DNA of 63,031 nt, counting the filler, from Thermoplasmatota archaeon (GTDB lineage: Archaea; Thermoplasmatota; E2; JACPAO01; JAHFTW01), in assembly GCA_041623215.1 (NCBI GenBank). It is 11 parts of 11 records of this genome, joined end to end, with 100 filler letters (N's around TTAATTAATTAA, not from the genome) between each part and the next. Parts side by side here need not be neighbours in the genome. Positions count along the whole stretch, not along the records: positions 46,244 to 51,818 come from JBFJXH010000119.1; positions 51,919 to 57,451 come from JBFJXH010000120.1; positions 57,552 to 63,031 come from JBFJXH010000121.1; 8 more parts are not named here. The stretch is one strand, 5' to 3'. Numbering within the stretch: position 1 is the stretch's first letter; each line of letters begins with the position of its first letter. A model generated the notes under the pieces. It saw only the letters and a list, made by a program, of their open reading frames with translations. It was not told the origin of the DNA and searched no databases. A program made the translations under genes and the position numbers. Positions 49,118 to 58,624 of the stretch are shown piece by piece.

Positions 49118-51340
49118 CTATGGGCGGCGACTCATTCGGTTCCGCTGGGCCACGGCGGCCACTGCGGCGAGAGCCGATAGTACGACGATGAGGCCGACGC
49201 CGGGGCTGTCTTTGCCTTCCGTCAACTCCCCATCAAGTGCTGCTCCGGTGCCCGATTCATCCACCAGGTCTTCGGCCGTCGTGACGGTGGTCAAGGTCCG
49301 CACGCCACCTTGTACGGCGGCGTTTCGAGTGCTGGTGGCGGTGATTGTGATGTCCGACGTTTCGCCGTGGCGAGCATTGGCCGGGGCCAAGACCTCCAAC
49401 GCCAGCGTGCGTGAACTGCCCGCCTCCAGCGAAATGGTCGTGTCTCCCAGAATCCGACCCCATTCGGCGTTGGTTCCCGTGAGTGCCAAGTCGAAGGTGT
49501 CGGGGCGTGCGCCATCGTAGTTGATCGCAAATTGGTACACGACCGCTTCACCCGGGTTTACCATCCGTTCTTGGCCACCGGCAGGAATCGAGAGGCGGAT
49601 GGCGCTGCTTGTGACAAACACCTCGTCAACTGGGTCGTGGTACTCGAACAACGGCAACGTCATCGTCGATTGCGAGGTCACCAGGACGGGTGCCGTTGCT
49701 TCATGGAAGGGCCACGTGGCTCCAACCATGGTGCCGCGCATCGTGATAATGAGGCCAAGGTTGCCATCGGTTCGGAAGGGAATCTCGTCCGCCGAGGACT
49801 CAATGGCTAGCGGAATGGACCAGGGGGTCTTCCCTTGCTGCTGGCCTGCCGTGGTGGCCGATCCGGCGCCAATGGTGGTCCACTCGGATTCGCCGCCTCC
49901 CAGGAATCGACCTTGCTGCTTGATCACCAAGTAGCCGAGATTCACGTCGACTGTGGGGTCGAGCATCGGCACAGGCAATTCGGTGACGATGTCGAGGCTA
50001 CCCAGCTGGGACAAGTCAAAGTCAAGCCCCATGCGCAACTGCGGACTCAGCGAGTAGAACCACTGGGCGCGGCCCTCCGTGGGGCTTCCGCCTGCGAAGC
50101 TGCCTGCACCGGATGGCACGAACCAATTGGCAGGAATGCTGGTGCCAGCGTCCTCCTGGTCGGTTTCGGGCGGCGCCGCGTTAATCCAGCCCACTTCCTG
50201 TGGGAACAGGTCGTCCCATGGTTGACCGCGTTCCTGAACTGCGCCGTGGAACCACAACGTGTCGTGGTGGCCGGCCGGCTGTGGAATGAGTGGCCAATAG
50301 ACCGCCAAGCTGGTGCTGGCGTGGCCGTCAGGGCTCTGGAAATGCACGAGGAATTCCTCAAAGGTGCCGTGGGCATGGGTGAAGGGAATGCTAACGAGGA
50401 TGGTCACATTTTGGCTGCTTCCTGCTTCAACTTCGAGAACGTCACTGTGGGCTACTTCCCACGTACCGGGTGTGCCGGTGACGGATACATCGACGCGTTG
50501 CAGCTTGCTGCCGCGGTTTTGCACTTCGACCTCGTACACCAGCGTCGTCGCTTCGCCGTTAGTCCATCGGACCGGTTCCGCAACGCGCGAGAACAAGTCT
50601 CCGGCCTGGATGATGCTGCCCGTCGTCATGGTGTAGGCGGCCCCCACATCGCGGTCGGGCGCGCGGTCAATGAGGCCAACGCCATGGTATTGCACCGGCA
50701 GTATGCCGCCGCCGCTGTCGCTGTTGAGGAAGGGCGTCCAGAGCTCAACTGAGGCCTCCGCGACGAAATCGGTCAGCTGACTGCCGCGGGCCAACGGCGC
50801 TTGGTTGTCATCCACAATCGCCTCTCGAGGGATTGCAGCCACCACTCGATTCTCCGCGTCGAGCACTTCGCCTTGGCCACGAGCAGCAGTGCGCCAGCCG
50901 GTGCCGGTCGATTCCTGCAGCGACGTGGAAACCGGCTGCCGATTGGTGGCGTCATTGACTGGATTGGAAAGTGCGGTCTGCATCAACACGCGGTAGTCCA
51001 TTTCGCCGAAGCGGAAGTAAATCGCGTAATCGGGGTCCAGGAACGGCGCCGGCGTTTCGCTCTGCTCGGAGATGCTGGCCACTTCCACATAGAAAGACAC
51101 GATCTCTTCGTCTTCCGACTGGATGCCGACGCCCTTGAGGTCCAAGCCCGTGAAGGCGTCGGCCGGGACGGAGCCTGCCGGTTGACCGTCGGGGCCAATA
51201 ATCCCGACGTCCCCAGAGCTATCTTCGGCTAGGACGGCGCCCTCGCTCGATTGTCCAGCCGCCATCGGCATGACCATGGGGAGCGTGAGGGCCATCAACA
51301 GGAGGAGAGCCATGGGGCTCGGGCGCTGCATAGTTTCCAC
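49118..51340 (-). CDS. Large multidomain surface protein (two NEW3/CARDB-like Ig domains) with PGF-CTERM-like tail
   Basis: Signal peptide; Y.V.V.N.G...L..G.S..V motif twice; tail KDSPGVGLIVVLSALAAVAAVAQRNRMSRR. Confidence 0.75.
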   Translation of the reverse strand: METMQRPSPMALLLLMALTLPMVMPMAAGQSSEGAVLAEDSSGDVGIIGPDGQPAGSVPADAFTGLDLKGVGIQSEDEEIVSFYVEVASISEQSETPAPFLDPDYAIYFRFGEMDYRVLMQTALSNPVNDATNRQPVSTSLQESTGTGWRTAARGQGEVLDAENRVVAAIPREAIVDDNQAPLARGSQLTDFVAEASVELWTPFLNSDSGGGILPVQYHGVGLIDRAPDRDVGAAYTMTTGSIIQAGDLFSRVAEPVRWTNGEATTLVYEVEVQNRGSKLQRVDVSVTGTPGTWEVAHSDVLEVEAGSSQNVTILVSIPFTHAHGTFEEFLVHFQSPDGHASTSLAVYWPLIPQPAGHHDTLWFHGAVQERGQPWDDLFPQEVGWINAAPPETDQEDAGTSIPANWFVPSGAGSFAGGSPTEGRAQWFYSLSPQLRMGLDFDLSQLGSLDIVTELPVPMLDPTVDVNLGYLVIKQQGRFLGGGESEWTTIGAGSATTAGQQQGKTPWSIPLAIESSADEIPFRTDGNLGLIITMRGTMVGATWPFHEATAPVLVTSQSTMTLPLFEYHDPVDEVFVTSSAIRLSIPAGGQERMVNPGEAVVYQFAINYDGARPDTFDLALTGTNAEWGRILGDTTISLEAGSSRTLALEVLAPANARHGETSDITITATSTRNAAVQGGVRTLTTVTTAEDLVDESGTGAALDGELTEGKDSPGVGLIVVLSALAAVAAVAQRNRMSRRP

Positions 51341-51445
51341 CTGACATTCACAGGCTTAACGGTTGTGGCTATTGTGGGGGATTCTCGTCTCGTGCCCAGG
51401 GACCCGTGCGGGTCGGTTCTTATAGGCGGACGAGTGGCCAGGAAC

Positions 51446-51818
51446 GTGGCAAACCTCTATTGGCCGCGCCGCGGCCACTTCCGCAGCCGCACCAAGAAAC
51501 AGGCACGTAAGGAGCGCGGCTGGGCGCAAGCCGAAGCCGATGCCAAAAACGTGCTCGTCATCAGCCATGGCTACTGCATGGATGGCGTAGCAAGCGCCGT
51601 AGTGGCCCTGCGCACCCTCGGGCCCGCCGGCGTCGGCGTTGCGTATGCCCAGCCTAACCAGATGCAAGAGGCGCTCACCTTCTTCTCTAAATTTCCGGCC
51701 CGCGGACGTCGGCTTCTTATTGCCGACTTGTCCCTCAACGCGCCCCAGTTTCCAGCCATCGTGGCCGCAGTGCGTACCCTACGGGAGGCAGGATGGACGA
51801 TTGAATGGCGGGATCATC
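51446..51818 (+). CDS. DHH-family phosphoesterase, 3'-partial
   Basis: VISHGYCMDGVASA, LLIADLS, IEWRDH(H) at contig end; CTTATA 27 nt upstream. Confidence 0.75.
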
Positions 51819-51918
51819 NNNNNNNNNNNNNNNNNNNNNNNNNNNNNNNNNNNNNNNNNNNNTTAATTAATTAANNNNNNNNNNNNNNNNNNNNNNNNNN
51901 NNNNNNNNNNNNNNNNNN
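51819..51918. other. Artificial contig linker
   Basis: N-run + TTAATTAATTAA. Confidence 0.98.
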
Positions 51919-52607
51919 GCTGCGGGGTCCGCCCACAAGGCATCGACGCGGGCGGCCAATAAGTCCGCCACGAGGACTTTCTTCGCAAGACCCATGGCAA
52001 ACAGCGACAAGCCGGATGCGAGCAGGCTGTAATTGACCCTCGATGGAATCTCATCCAGCTGTTTGTCCATGAGGCTGTAGCGCACAATCGGTCCCGCTAC
52101 CAATTGGGGAAACAGCGTCACATAGGCCACGTACTTCGCGAAATCATTGGTGGGGTTCACCACACCGCGATAGACATCAATGGTGTAACTGAGTGTTTGG
52201 AAGGTGTAGAAACTAATGCCCACCGGTAGCACGATGCTGGCGTATGGCAACTCGATGCCTAATCCCAGAAGGCCGAACAGGGACCGAATGTTTTCGAGCG
52301 CAAAAATGGCGTACTTGAAGAACCCCAAGACACCCAAATTGAAGGCGATGGAAACGCCCAGCCACGCCTTGCGGCCGCGTCCAGGCGCCGCAGTGGCAAT
52401 GCGCTTGGCTACAAGGAAATCCACCACAGCGCTAGCCAGCAGCAGAGCCACAAACCGAACGTCCCAGAAGGAATAGAACAGCAAACTCGCGCCGGCAATC
52501 CACGCCAGTTTCCAACGCCGGGACGGCACAGCCCAATAGCCAAGCACCGTCAGGGGCAGGAACCCTAGCAAGAAGCAGTGCGTGTTGAAGAGTGCTTCAC
52601 AGGCCAT
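51919..52607 (-). CDS. MBOAT O-acyltransferase (AlgI/DltB-like), 3'-partial
   Basis: LFN..FL..FLP, NLGVLGFFKY, LPVGISFYTFQTLSYTIDVYR, FPQLVAGPIVR, GLAKKVLVAD. Confidence 0.93.
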
Positions 52608-52807
52608 GGCGCTTTTTCCTTCAGGCCAAGGCCGCTAAACTGGCGACGGCCGGCAGTGCGGGGGGGCCTGGAATCACGACGGGCAACGTGGTTGGACGCA
52701 GGCCGTGAAACATCACCGTTTGCTTCCAGGACGACCCGCCCCCGCTGCATGGCGCAGGGCGGGGGGCGCCCGGCCGGGCCACTATGGTGCGACACGGGAC
52801 GTAGTGC

Positions 52808-53938
52808 TTAGCGCGGTGGCTGTCGGCCGCGGACAAAGCCCACGAGCAGCAACCCGACTACCAAACCCGCTACGGGCACGGTAGGCGTGCTCACCTCACC
52901 GGTTGGCTCCACCACCCGGAAACTCCAGGCTTGCGAATGGGTGCCACCCGCCTCGTCCTCCACCGAGATCTGGACTGCGTGTACGCCAGCGTTCACACCG
53001 CCCAGATGATAACGAATCGAGGAGGCATCCCAGGACGGCGCGCCGGTCACGGCCTCGTCATCGAAGAGAATGTCAACACGGACCAGGGGAACCGCTGAGG
53101 TGTAGGACGCCCGCAGCGTGACATCTTCACCCAGAATACGGGCGCCCGGCGCGGGCGTTCCAATTTGGACCACGGGTGGTGGAACGACGACGGCCTCCGT
53201 CGTGCGAACCTCGTGCTTACTGCTCTCCATGTCGTTGAGGCCCCAGTCCCGGAACGTAGCCCAATACTGGTACGTCGTGTTGGCGTCCAATCCGGTTGCC
53301 TCTAGTTTCAGGCTTTTGGCGGGTCCAAAGGGTCCGAACGTTCGCTCATCGCCGCGGAAGCCCTCGCGTACGTGCAGGGTCCCCCAAGCTAATTCATTTG
53401 ACAGCGCCTGGACCGTGAACCGGTCCGGCCCGACGGCAATCGGTTCTTGCAGTTCCACCTTGGGCGCTTCCTTGTCCAGTTGAAGCCACAAACGGGCCGG
53501 GCCCGCTCCAGGTATGCCAACCCGAATAACGGCCTTGCGCTCATCGCCGGTTACATTGGCCGCGGCATCCGGCGCTTCGGCCGGTGTTACGTCACGACCC
53601 AGAATCTCAGGGACAATCTTCGGATCCGCGTGCCGACTACCTGCACGCTCCGAGAGATCTAGCCACGGGACCATTTGATGCGGATCCGAAATTGAGAAGG
53701 CTCGCCGAAGCGTGATTTCGGCGATTGTGTAGTCACTGCGCAGGTTCAGGCGCCACGAAATGCGGTCGTCTGTTCGCCCTTCATACTGCGCCAGCCCAGT
53801 GGCGCCATCGTATTCGGGCGCACCTTCCGCCGCCACATCAATCCAGAATTCGTCTGCGGTGGGTGCAGCAATCGCTCCCGGAAGCCAGCTAACGGCCATG
53901 AGAATCGCGAGCGCCAAGGGCACCATACGCACCTGCAT
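52808..53938 (-). CDS. Secreted FN3/Ig-domain surface protein with C-terminal sorting tail
   Basis: Signal peptide; TGLDANTTYQY FN3 motif; tail STPTVPVAGLVVGLLLVGFVRGR. Confidence 0.7.
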   Translation of the reverse strand: MQVRMVPLALAILMAVSWLPGAIAAPTADEFWIDVAAEGAPEYDGATGLAQYEGRTDDRISWRLNLRSDYTIAEITLRRAFSISDPHQMVPWLDLSERAGSRHADPKIVPEILGRDVTPAEAPDAAANVTGDERKAVIRVGIPGAGPARLWLQLDKEAPKVELQEPIAVGPDRFTVQALSNELAWGTLHVREGFRGDERTFGPFGPAKSLKLEATGLDANTTYQYWATFRDWGLNDMESSKHEVRTTEAVVVPPPVVQIGTPAPGARILGEDVTLRASYTSAVPLVRVDILFDDEAVTGAPSWDASSIRYHLGGVNAGVHAVQISVEDEAGGTHSQAWSFRVVEPTGEVSTPTVPVAGLVVGLLLVGFVRGRQPPR

Positions 53939-54024
53939 GGAGCCGGCGAAACTGTCCAAGGCTATGTGCCTGACGCTCCACCGCGCAGGCATTCTCTCTT
54001 ATCGGGCACCGGCGTTACCGGCGC

Positions 54025-54837
54025 ATGGCCCCCGAAGGACCGGTTCACACCCCTGCGGACGCCGACGACATCGGACTACACCCGGACCGGCCGTGGATGG
54101 AGTGGCTGGACGGCCCACCAGACGCCACGGGCGCCCTAGTTTTTCTGGCGTTTCCATCGGTTGGCCATGTTGCAAGTATCGCCGGCCAGTACCTCGCTAA
54201 CAGCCTCACACTCCCCCTGGTTGGCTCCTTGTGGTTACCCGGCATGGCACCCATCGTCGGGGTTGACAGCGGCCGCGTCGTAAGCCCCATGCGCATCTAC
54301 GGCGGCGAAGTCGTTTGCCAGCTTCCCGAGGGCTGCCCGCGGCTGTTCGTCATTCACACACACCTTGCCGTTACCCCTGAAGTCCACGAGGAAGTGGTGG
54401 ATGGCATCCTGGCCTGGGCCGCTACTTCCGGGGTGCGCCTGGTCATCGGCATTGACGCCGTAGTCCGACAACCGGGTGACGAAACACCCGACGTGTGGGC
54501 GGTAGGTCGCTCACCCGAGGTACTCGCCATGCTAGCTCAGGCAGACCTGAAAGCAATGCCGCGCGGCTTGCTTACGGGAATCACTGCCGCGCTTCTGAGC
54601 CCAACGAACATGGAAGGAATGCCCGGGCGCGGGGCCGTTCTTGTCGAAGCGCTGTCCGACCAACCTGACGGGCTGGCAGCCGTTGCCCTCGTGGAAGCGC
54701 TTGACCGCCTCGTGCCCCAAGTGGATGTGGATGCCAAGCCGCTTCTGGAAGAAGCCATCGCGATGGAAGAGGAAATGCAACGCCAAGAAGCGCTAGCAAA
54801 GCGCGAAGCACCGGCGGGCACCGGGACCTTCATCTAG
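54025..54837 (+). CDS. PAC2-family proteasome assembly chaperone
   Basis: AFPSVGHVASIAGQYL, PMRIY, GLLTGITAALL, PDGLAA, VD..PLLEEA..ME. Confidence 0.85.
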   Translation: MAPEGPVHTPADADDIGLHPDRPWMEWLDGPPDATGALVFLAFPSVGHVASIAGQYLANSLTLPLVGSLWLPGMAPIVGVDSGRVVSPMRIYGGEVVCQLPEGCPRLFVIHTHLAVTPEVHEEVVDGILAWAATSGVRLVIGIDAVVRQPGDETPDVWAVGRSPEVLAMLAQADLKAMPRGLLTGITAALLSPTNMEGMPGRGAVLVEALSDQPDGLAAVALVEALDRLVPQVDVDAKPLLEEAIAMEEEMQRQEALAKREAPAGTGTFI

Positions 54838-54864
54838 CCGACGGGCACGACTCCTTGGGCGTCG

Positions 54865-55773
54865 TTAGGCTTCGACGGGCGCTGCTACTTCGGCAATCTT
54901 GCCGCGCAGCGTGTCGCACGTCGTAACCATCTTGGCTTGCTCGGCCTCCGTCAGAGGGTACTCCACAATGCGGACAAGGCCATCGCGTCCCAAGACGCAA
55001 GGTACGCCTGTGGCGACGTCGGCTTGATTGTATTCGCCGTCAAGGATTGCACAACTGGGAATTTCTTCGCGGGTGTCCTCGATGAAGGCCTTCACCATGC
55101 GCCCGGTGCAGGCGCCCGGGGCGTACGCCGTGGCGCCGACCTTCTCAATAATACTCATCGCACGACCACGGGTTTGCGTCTCCAGGTCCTCCCAATCTGC
55201 GTCAGCGAGTTCCCCGCTGCTGAGGCTTGGCACGGGGAACATGGTTTCTCCGTGCTCGCCGAGAATCGTGGCGCGCGTGGTGCGGTCGCCCGTAATGTCA
55301 CGAACGATATCTGTTAGGCGAGCGGAGTCGTGTAGGCTTGACATGCCGAGGACGCGCTCGCGCGGGAAACCCAGTTCCTCGCGGGCAACCCAAAGCAATA
55401 CGTCAACGGGGTTGGTGACGAGGAGGAAAATGCAGTTGGGCGCCTGCGTCTTGATTTCCTTGCAGATGCCACGAATAATGCCGACGTTCTTGTGCAGGAG
55501 GTCCAGGCGCGTCATGCCGGGTTTGCGCGGTAGGCCGGCGGACACGACCACGATGTCTGCGTCCTTGGCAAGGGCGTAATCCGTGCCGCCATGTACCTTC
55601 GTTTTACGGCCGAAGGCGACGCTCGCCGTGTTTAGATCCAGGCCTCGACCAACGGCCGCGTCCGCCATGATGTCAATGACCGTGATTTCGTCAATGCGGT
55701 CGGTCAAAGCGAGCGTCGAGTAGATGCTGTTGGCGCCGATGGTCCCTGCGCCGACAAAAGCGACCTTGGTCAT
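54865..55773 (-). CDS. mdh: Malate dehydrogenase (LDH-like)
   Basis: GAGTIG, AGLPRKPGMTRLDL (Arg specificity residue), TNPVD, GEHG. Confidence 0.9.
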   Translation of the reverse strand: MTKVAFVGAGTIGANSIYSTLALTDRIDEITVIDIMADAAVGRGLDLNTASVAFGRKTKVHGGTDYALAKDADIVVVSAGLPRKPGMTRLDLLHKNVGIIRGICKEIKTQAPNCIFLLVTNPVDVLLWVAREELGFPRERVLGMSSLHDSARLTDIVRDITGDRTTRATILGEHGETMFPVPSLSSGELADADWEDLETQTRGRAMSIIEKVGATAYAPGACTGRMVKAFIEDTREEIPSCAILDGEYNQADVATGVPCVLGRDGLVRIVEYPLTEAEQAKMVTTCDTLRGKIAEVAAPVEA

Positions 55774-55855
55774 GGGCGGCGGACCCGAGTGCCCGTGATA
55801 AGGGGCACGGAGCCCCGGAGCCGTCCCTGCCGCTTGGCGTCTTGGTAGCTAGGCG

Positions 55856-56572
55856 TCAGGACCGACCCACGTGCACGTGGGGAAGCGAATCGAGGGCCTG
55901 AATGCGGCGCCGGAGCTCCCCAGCAACGAGAAGCCCCACCGTGATGGCGGCGGCAAGGCCCAGAAAATCGGTGCGGCTTGCGATGAAGTTGTAGCCGCTA
56001 TGCAGGGCCGCAGCGACGAAATAGTGCGGAATGACCACGAGACCAACCTGACCGCGCAGGACGGCCATCCCATACCCAAAGCCGACAATCGCGCTGGCCC
56101 CGGCATGCACAAGCATCGCGCTGAGCGTCCGTACGGTGACTGTCATGAACGCCAATTCGTTGCCTCCGTGTAGCCATGCATCGACACCGTAAACAAGATT
56201 CTCCGTGGCGGCAAATCCAAGCCCCAGCGCCGCACCGTAGATGATGCCATCCTCTGGTTCTCGAATCAATGCTCTGCGGGCCGGCAAGCCAAGCGCCTTG
56301 GCTGCCTCCTCGGCCAGAGGGGCAACAAATAGCACGGCCACGAAGGTGCTGGCCATCGTGATGGGAACGCCATAGGTCGCAAGGCCGACGTCGAATACAA
56401 CGCTAAAGAGCAACGCTAGGGCAACCCCACCCGTTGCGCCGAAGCCAAACGACCGCAGGACCCCGTTCCACGGCTCACGCCCAATCCTTTCTGAATTTCT
56501 GAGGCGGACCAGGAACAATAGCGGCGGAACCAACGACAGCAGGACAAGCCAGGCAAGCGACCACAATGCCAC
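55856..56572 (-). CDS. PrsW-family intramembrane protease
   Basis: REPW, APLAEEAAK, DGIIYG...GLGFAATEN, HA, LHS.YN. Confidence 0.9.
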   Translation of the reverse strand: MALWSLAWLVLLSLVPPLLFLVRLRNSERIGREPWNGVLRSFGFGATGGVALALLFSVVFDVGLATYGVPITMASTFVAVLFVAPLAEEAAKALGLPARRALIREPEDGIIYGAALGLGFAATENLVYGVDAWLHGGNELAFMTVTVRTLSAMLVHAGASAIVGFGYGMAVLRGQVGLVVIPHYFVAAALHSGYNFIASRTDFLGLAAAITVGLLVAGELRRRIQALDSLPHVHVGRS

Positions 56573-56667
56573 GGTGGCGGGACACCGGCTTGCCTCTTGG
56601 CTTTGCGCCTTGTAGGCCCGTTGCCATCGCTGCGTAAGCTCAAGAACCGCCTGCGCGTTCCGGGGTC

Positions 56668-57159
56668 GTGGGCCAAGCCTACGTCCTGGACACCAGCCTC
56701 CTGTTGGGGGGTAAGGAACCTCCCCGCGACGGCATCTGGTACACGACTCCGGAAGCGGACGCAGAAGTCTCCCCCGGAGGCCGCGACGCACGCCGATACG
56801 ATGATTGGAAAAGCCTTGGACTGCGCATCCAACGCCCCACTAGCGCGGCGGGCAAAGACGTGGAACGGGCAGCCAAAGCGGCAGGCAACTGGCACCGCCT
56901 GAGTGAAGCGGACATCAGCCTCCTCGCCCTCACGGTTGACTTGGGTAAGGCAGCGGTTCTGGTCAGCGACGATTACACTGTGTTGGACGTCGCCAGCCGC
57001 CTGGGTCTCCATGCAACGACGGTAAACCAGCAGGGAATCCGAGACACGCAGGACTGGTCGCCTCGCTGCACCGGCTGTGGGCGCTGGTACGACGAAGCCC
57101 CCAAAAAGGACGAGTGCCCCACCTGCGGCAGCCCGGTCGTTCTCAAGCGACGCAACTAG
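56668..57159 (+). CDS. nob1: Nob1-family rRNA maturation endonuclease (PIN + zinc ribbon)
   Basis: VLDTS, LSEADISLLAL, SDDY, W..RCTGCG...CPTCGS. Confidence 0.9.
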   Translation: MGQAYVLDTSLLLGGKEPPRDGIWYTTPEADAEVSPGGRDARRYDDWKSLGLRIQRPTSAAGKDVERAAKAAGNWHRLSEADISLLALTVDLGKAAVLVSDDYTVLDVASRLGLHATTVNQQGIRDTQDWSPRCTGCGRWYDEAPKKDECPTCGSPVVLKRRN

Positions 57160-57261
57160 CTGCCTGGCTCAAGCCCTACGCTTCGCCAACCGACCGGAGG
57201 CCTGGGCTTTGGTTAAGAACCGCTGGGCCCGTTCCCCTGCGTGGCTTCATTTTCTTGGCCC

Positions 57262-57451
57262 ATGGCAACGCTGCTCGTGGCCCTCATTACCGTGGCAGCC
57301 GGCGGCCTTTGGTGGTTGGCGACCCGTTTCCACGACCACCTAGATGTGAAGGTTCGCAAAGCGCCCTGGACGCCACGACCTCCGCTTCGCATTGCGAACT
57401 TGTCGTTGTTTGGCACCGGCTGGATTCGCGGCCTTCTCCGTGTCGCCAACA
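57262..57451 (+). CDS. Hypothetical membrane-anchored protein, 3'-partial
   Basis: N-terminal TM; frame open to contig end. Confidence 0.4.
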
Positions 57452-57551
57452 NNNNNNNNNNNNNNNNNNNNNNNNNNNNNNNNNNNNNNNNNNNNTTAAT
57501 TAATTAANNNNNNNNNNNNNNNNNNNNNNNNNNNNNNNNNNNNNNNNNNNN
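57452..57551. other. Artificial contig linker
   Basis: N-run + TTAATTAATTAA. Confidence 0.98.
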
Positions 57552-58577
57552 ATCGCGGACTTCGTGGGTCGCTACTACGCCATGGACCGGGACCAGCGCT
57601 GGGAGCGAATCCAGCACGCCTTCCAGCTATATCGCAACGGAGACGCAGTGCGAACTGCGCCCAATGGTGCCAGCGCGGTCGCCGCCTGCCACGAAGCGGG
57701 GGAAGACGACGAGTTTGCCCAGGCGACCCTGATTGACGTAGATGGGCGCATCCGGGACGGCGATGCTGTTGTTTGGCTCAATTTCCGACCGGATCGCAGC
57801 CGCCAGATGACTCGCGCCTTCAAGCAACCCGACTTTGACCACTTCGACAGGGGGAGCGTGGACGACGTACTGTGGGCTTGCACCACGCAATACGACGACG
57901 CCTTCGTGTCATGGCCCGATGTACATATCGCCTATCCCCCAGCTCGCCCAACGGGGACGCTAGGTGAGCACCTGTCTGGCCTTGGCCTCAAGCAGCTGCG
58001 CGTGGCCGAGACCGAGAAGTATGCCCACGTAACCTACTTCCTCAACGGCGGCCGCGAAGAGCCGTTTCCCGGCGAAGAGCGTATTTTGGTTCCGTCGCCG
58101 CGCGTCGCGACCTACGACTTGCAGCCCGAAATGTCTGCGGGCGAAGTGACGGACCGCATCCTTCATGCGATGGGAAGCGAAGACTTCGACTGCATCATTG
58201 TCAATTACGCCAACGGGGACATGGTTGGCCACACGGGCGACTTACAGGCTGCCATCAAGGCCGTGGAGTTTCTAGACAACTGCCTGAACCGCGTCATTAC
58301 CACGGGAATCTCGTGCGGCTTTGTTGGCTTGGTAACCAGTGATCACGGCAACTGTGAGGAGATGTGCACGGTTCACCATGGCGGGCCAGGGGACCGTCTG
58401 ACTCAGCATTCCATGTTGCCCAGTCCCCTGATTGCCTTTGGTGAGGACGTCGCCGGCCATGTGTCCCTGGCGCCAGGGGGGGCCCTGTGCAATGTTGCTC
58501 CTTCTCTGCTCGATCTCCTGGGCCTGCCCGCCGCGGGGGCGATGACGGCAACAAGTCTGCTTGTGCGGAAAGGGTAG
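57552..58577 (+). CDS. gpmI: 2,3-bisphosphoglycerate-independent phosphoglycerate mutase, 5'-partial
   Basis: GRYYAMDRD.RWER, NFRPDR, AETEKYAHVTYF.NGG, NYANGDMVGHTG, TSDHGNCE. Confidence 0.96.
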   Translation: MADFVGRYYAMDRDQRWERIQHAFQLYRNGDAVRTAPNGASAVAACHEAGEDDEFAQATLIDVDGRIRDGDAVVWLNFRPDRSRQMTRAFKQPDFDHFDRGSVDDVLWACTTQYDDAFVSWPDVHIAYPPARPTGTLGEHLSGLGLKQLRVAETEKYAHVTYFLNGGREEPFPGEERILVPSPRVATYDLQPEMSAGEVTDRILHAMGSEDFDCIIVNYANGDMVGHTGDLQAAIKAVEFLDNCLNRVITTGISCGFVGLVTSDHGNCEEMCTVHHGGPGDRLTQHSMLPSPLIAFGEDVAGHVSLAPGGALCNVAPSLLDLLGLPAAGAMTATSLLVRKG

Positions 58578-58624
58578 CGGGCACGCTACGCTCCCCCCGT
58601 GGGCTGCTGGCCTACCATGCCTTT

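Noticed and set aside
56668..57159. PIN protein as a VapC toxin
   Set aside because: The C-terminal zinc ribbon and motifs identify Nob1; no antitoxin gene
5806..57551. Ten regularly spaced TTAATTAATTAA elements within N-runs
   Set aside because: Artificial all-frame-stop contig linkers, not a biological repeat or CRISPR; adjacency across them is meaningless
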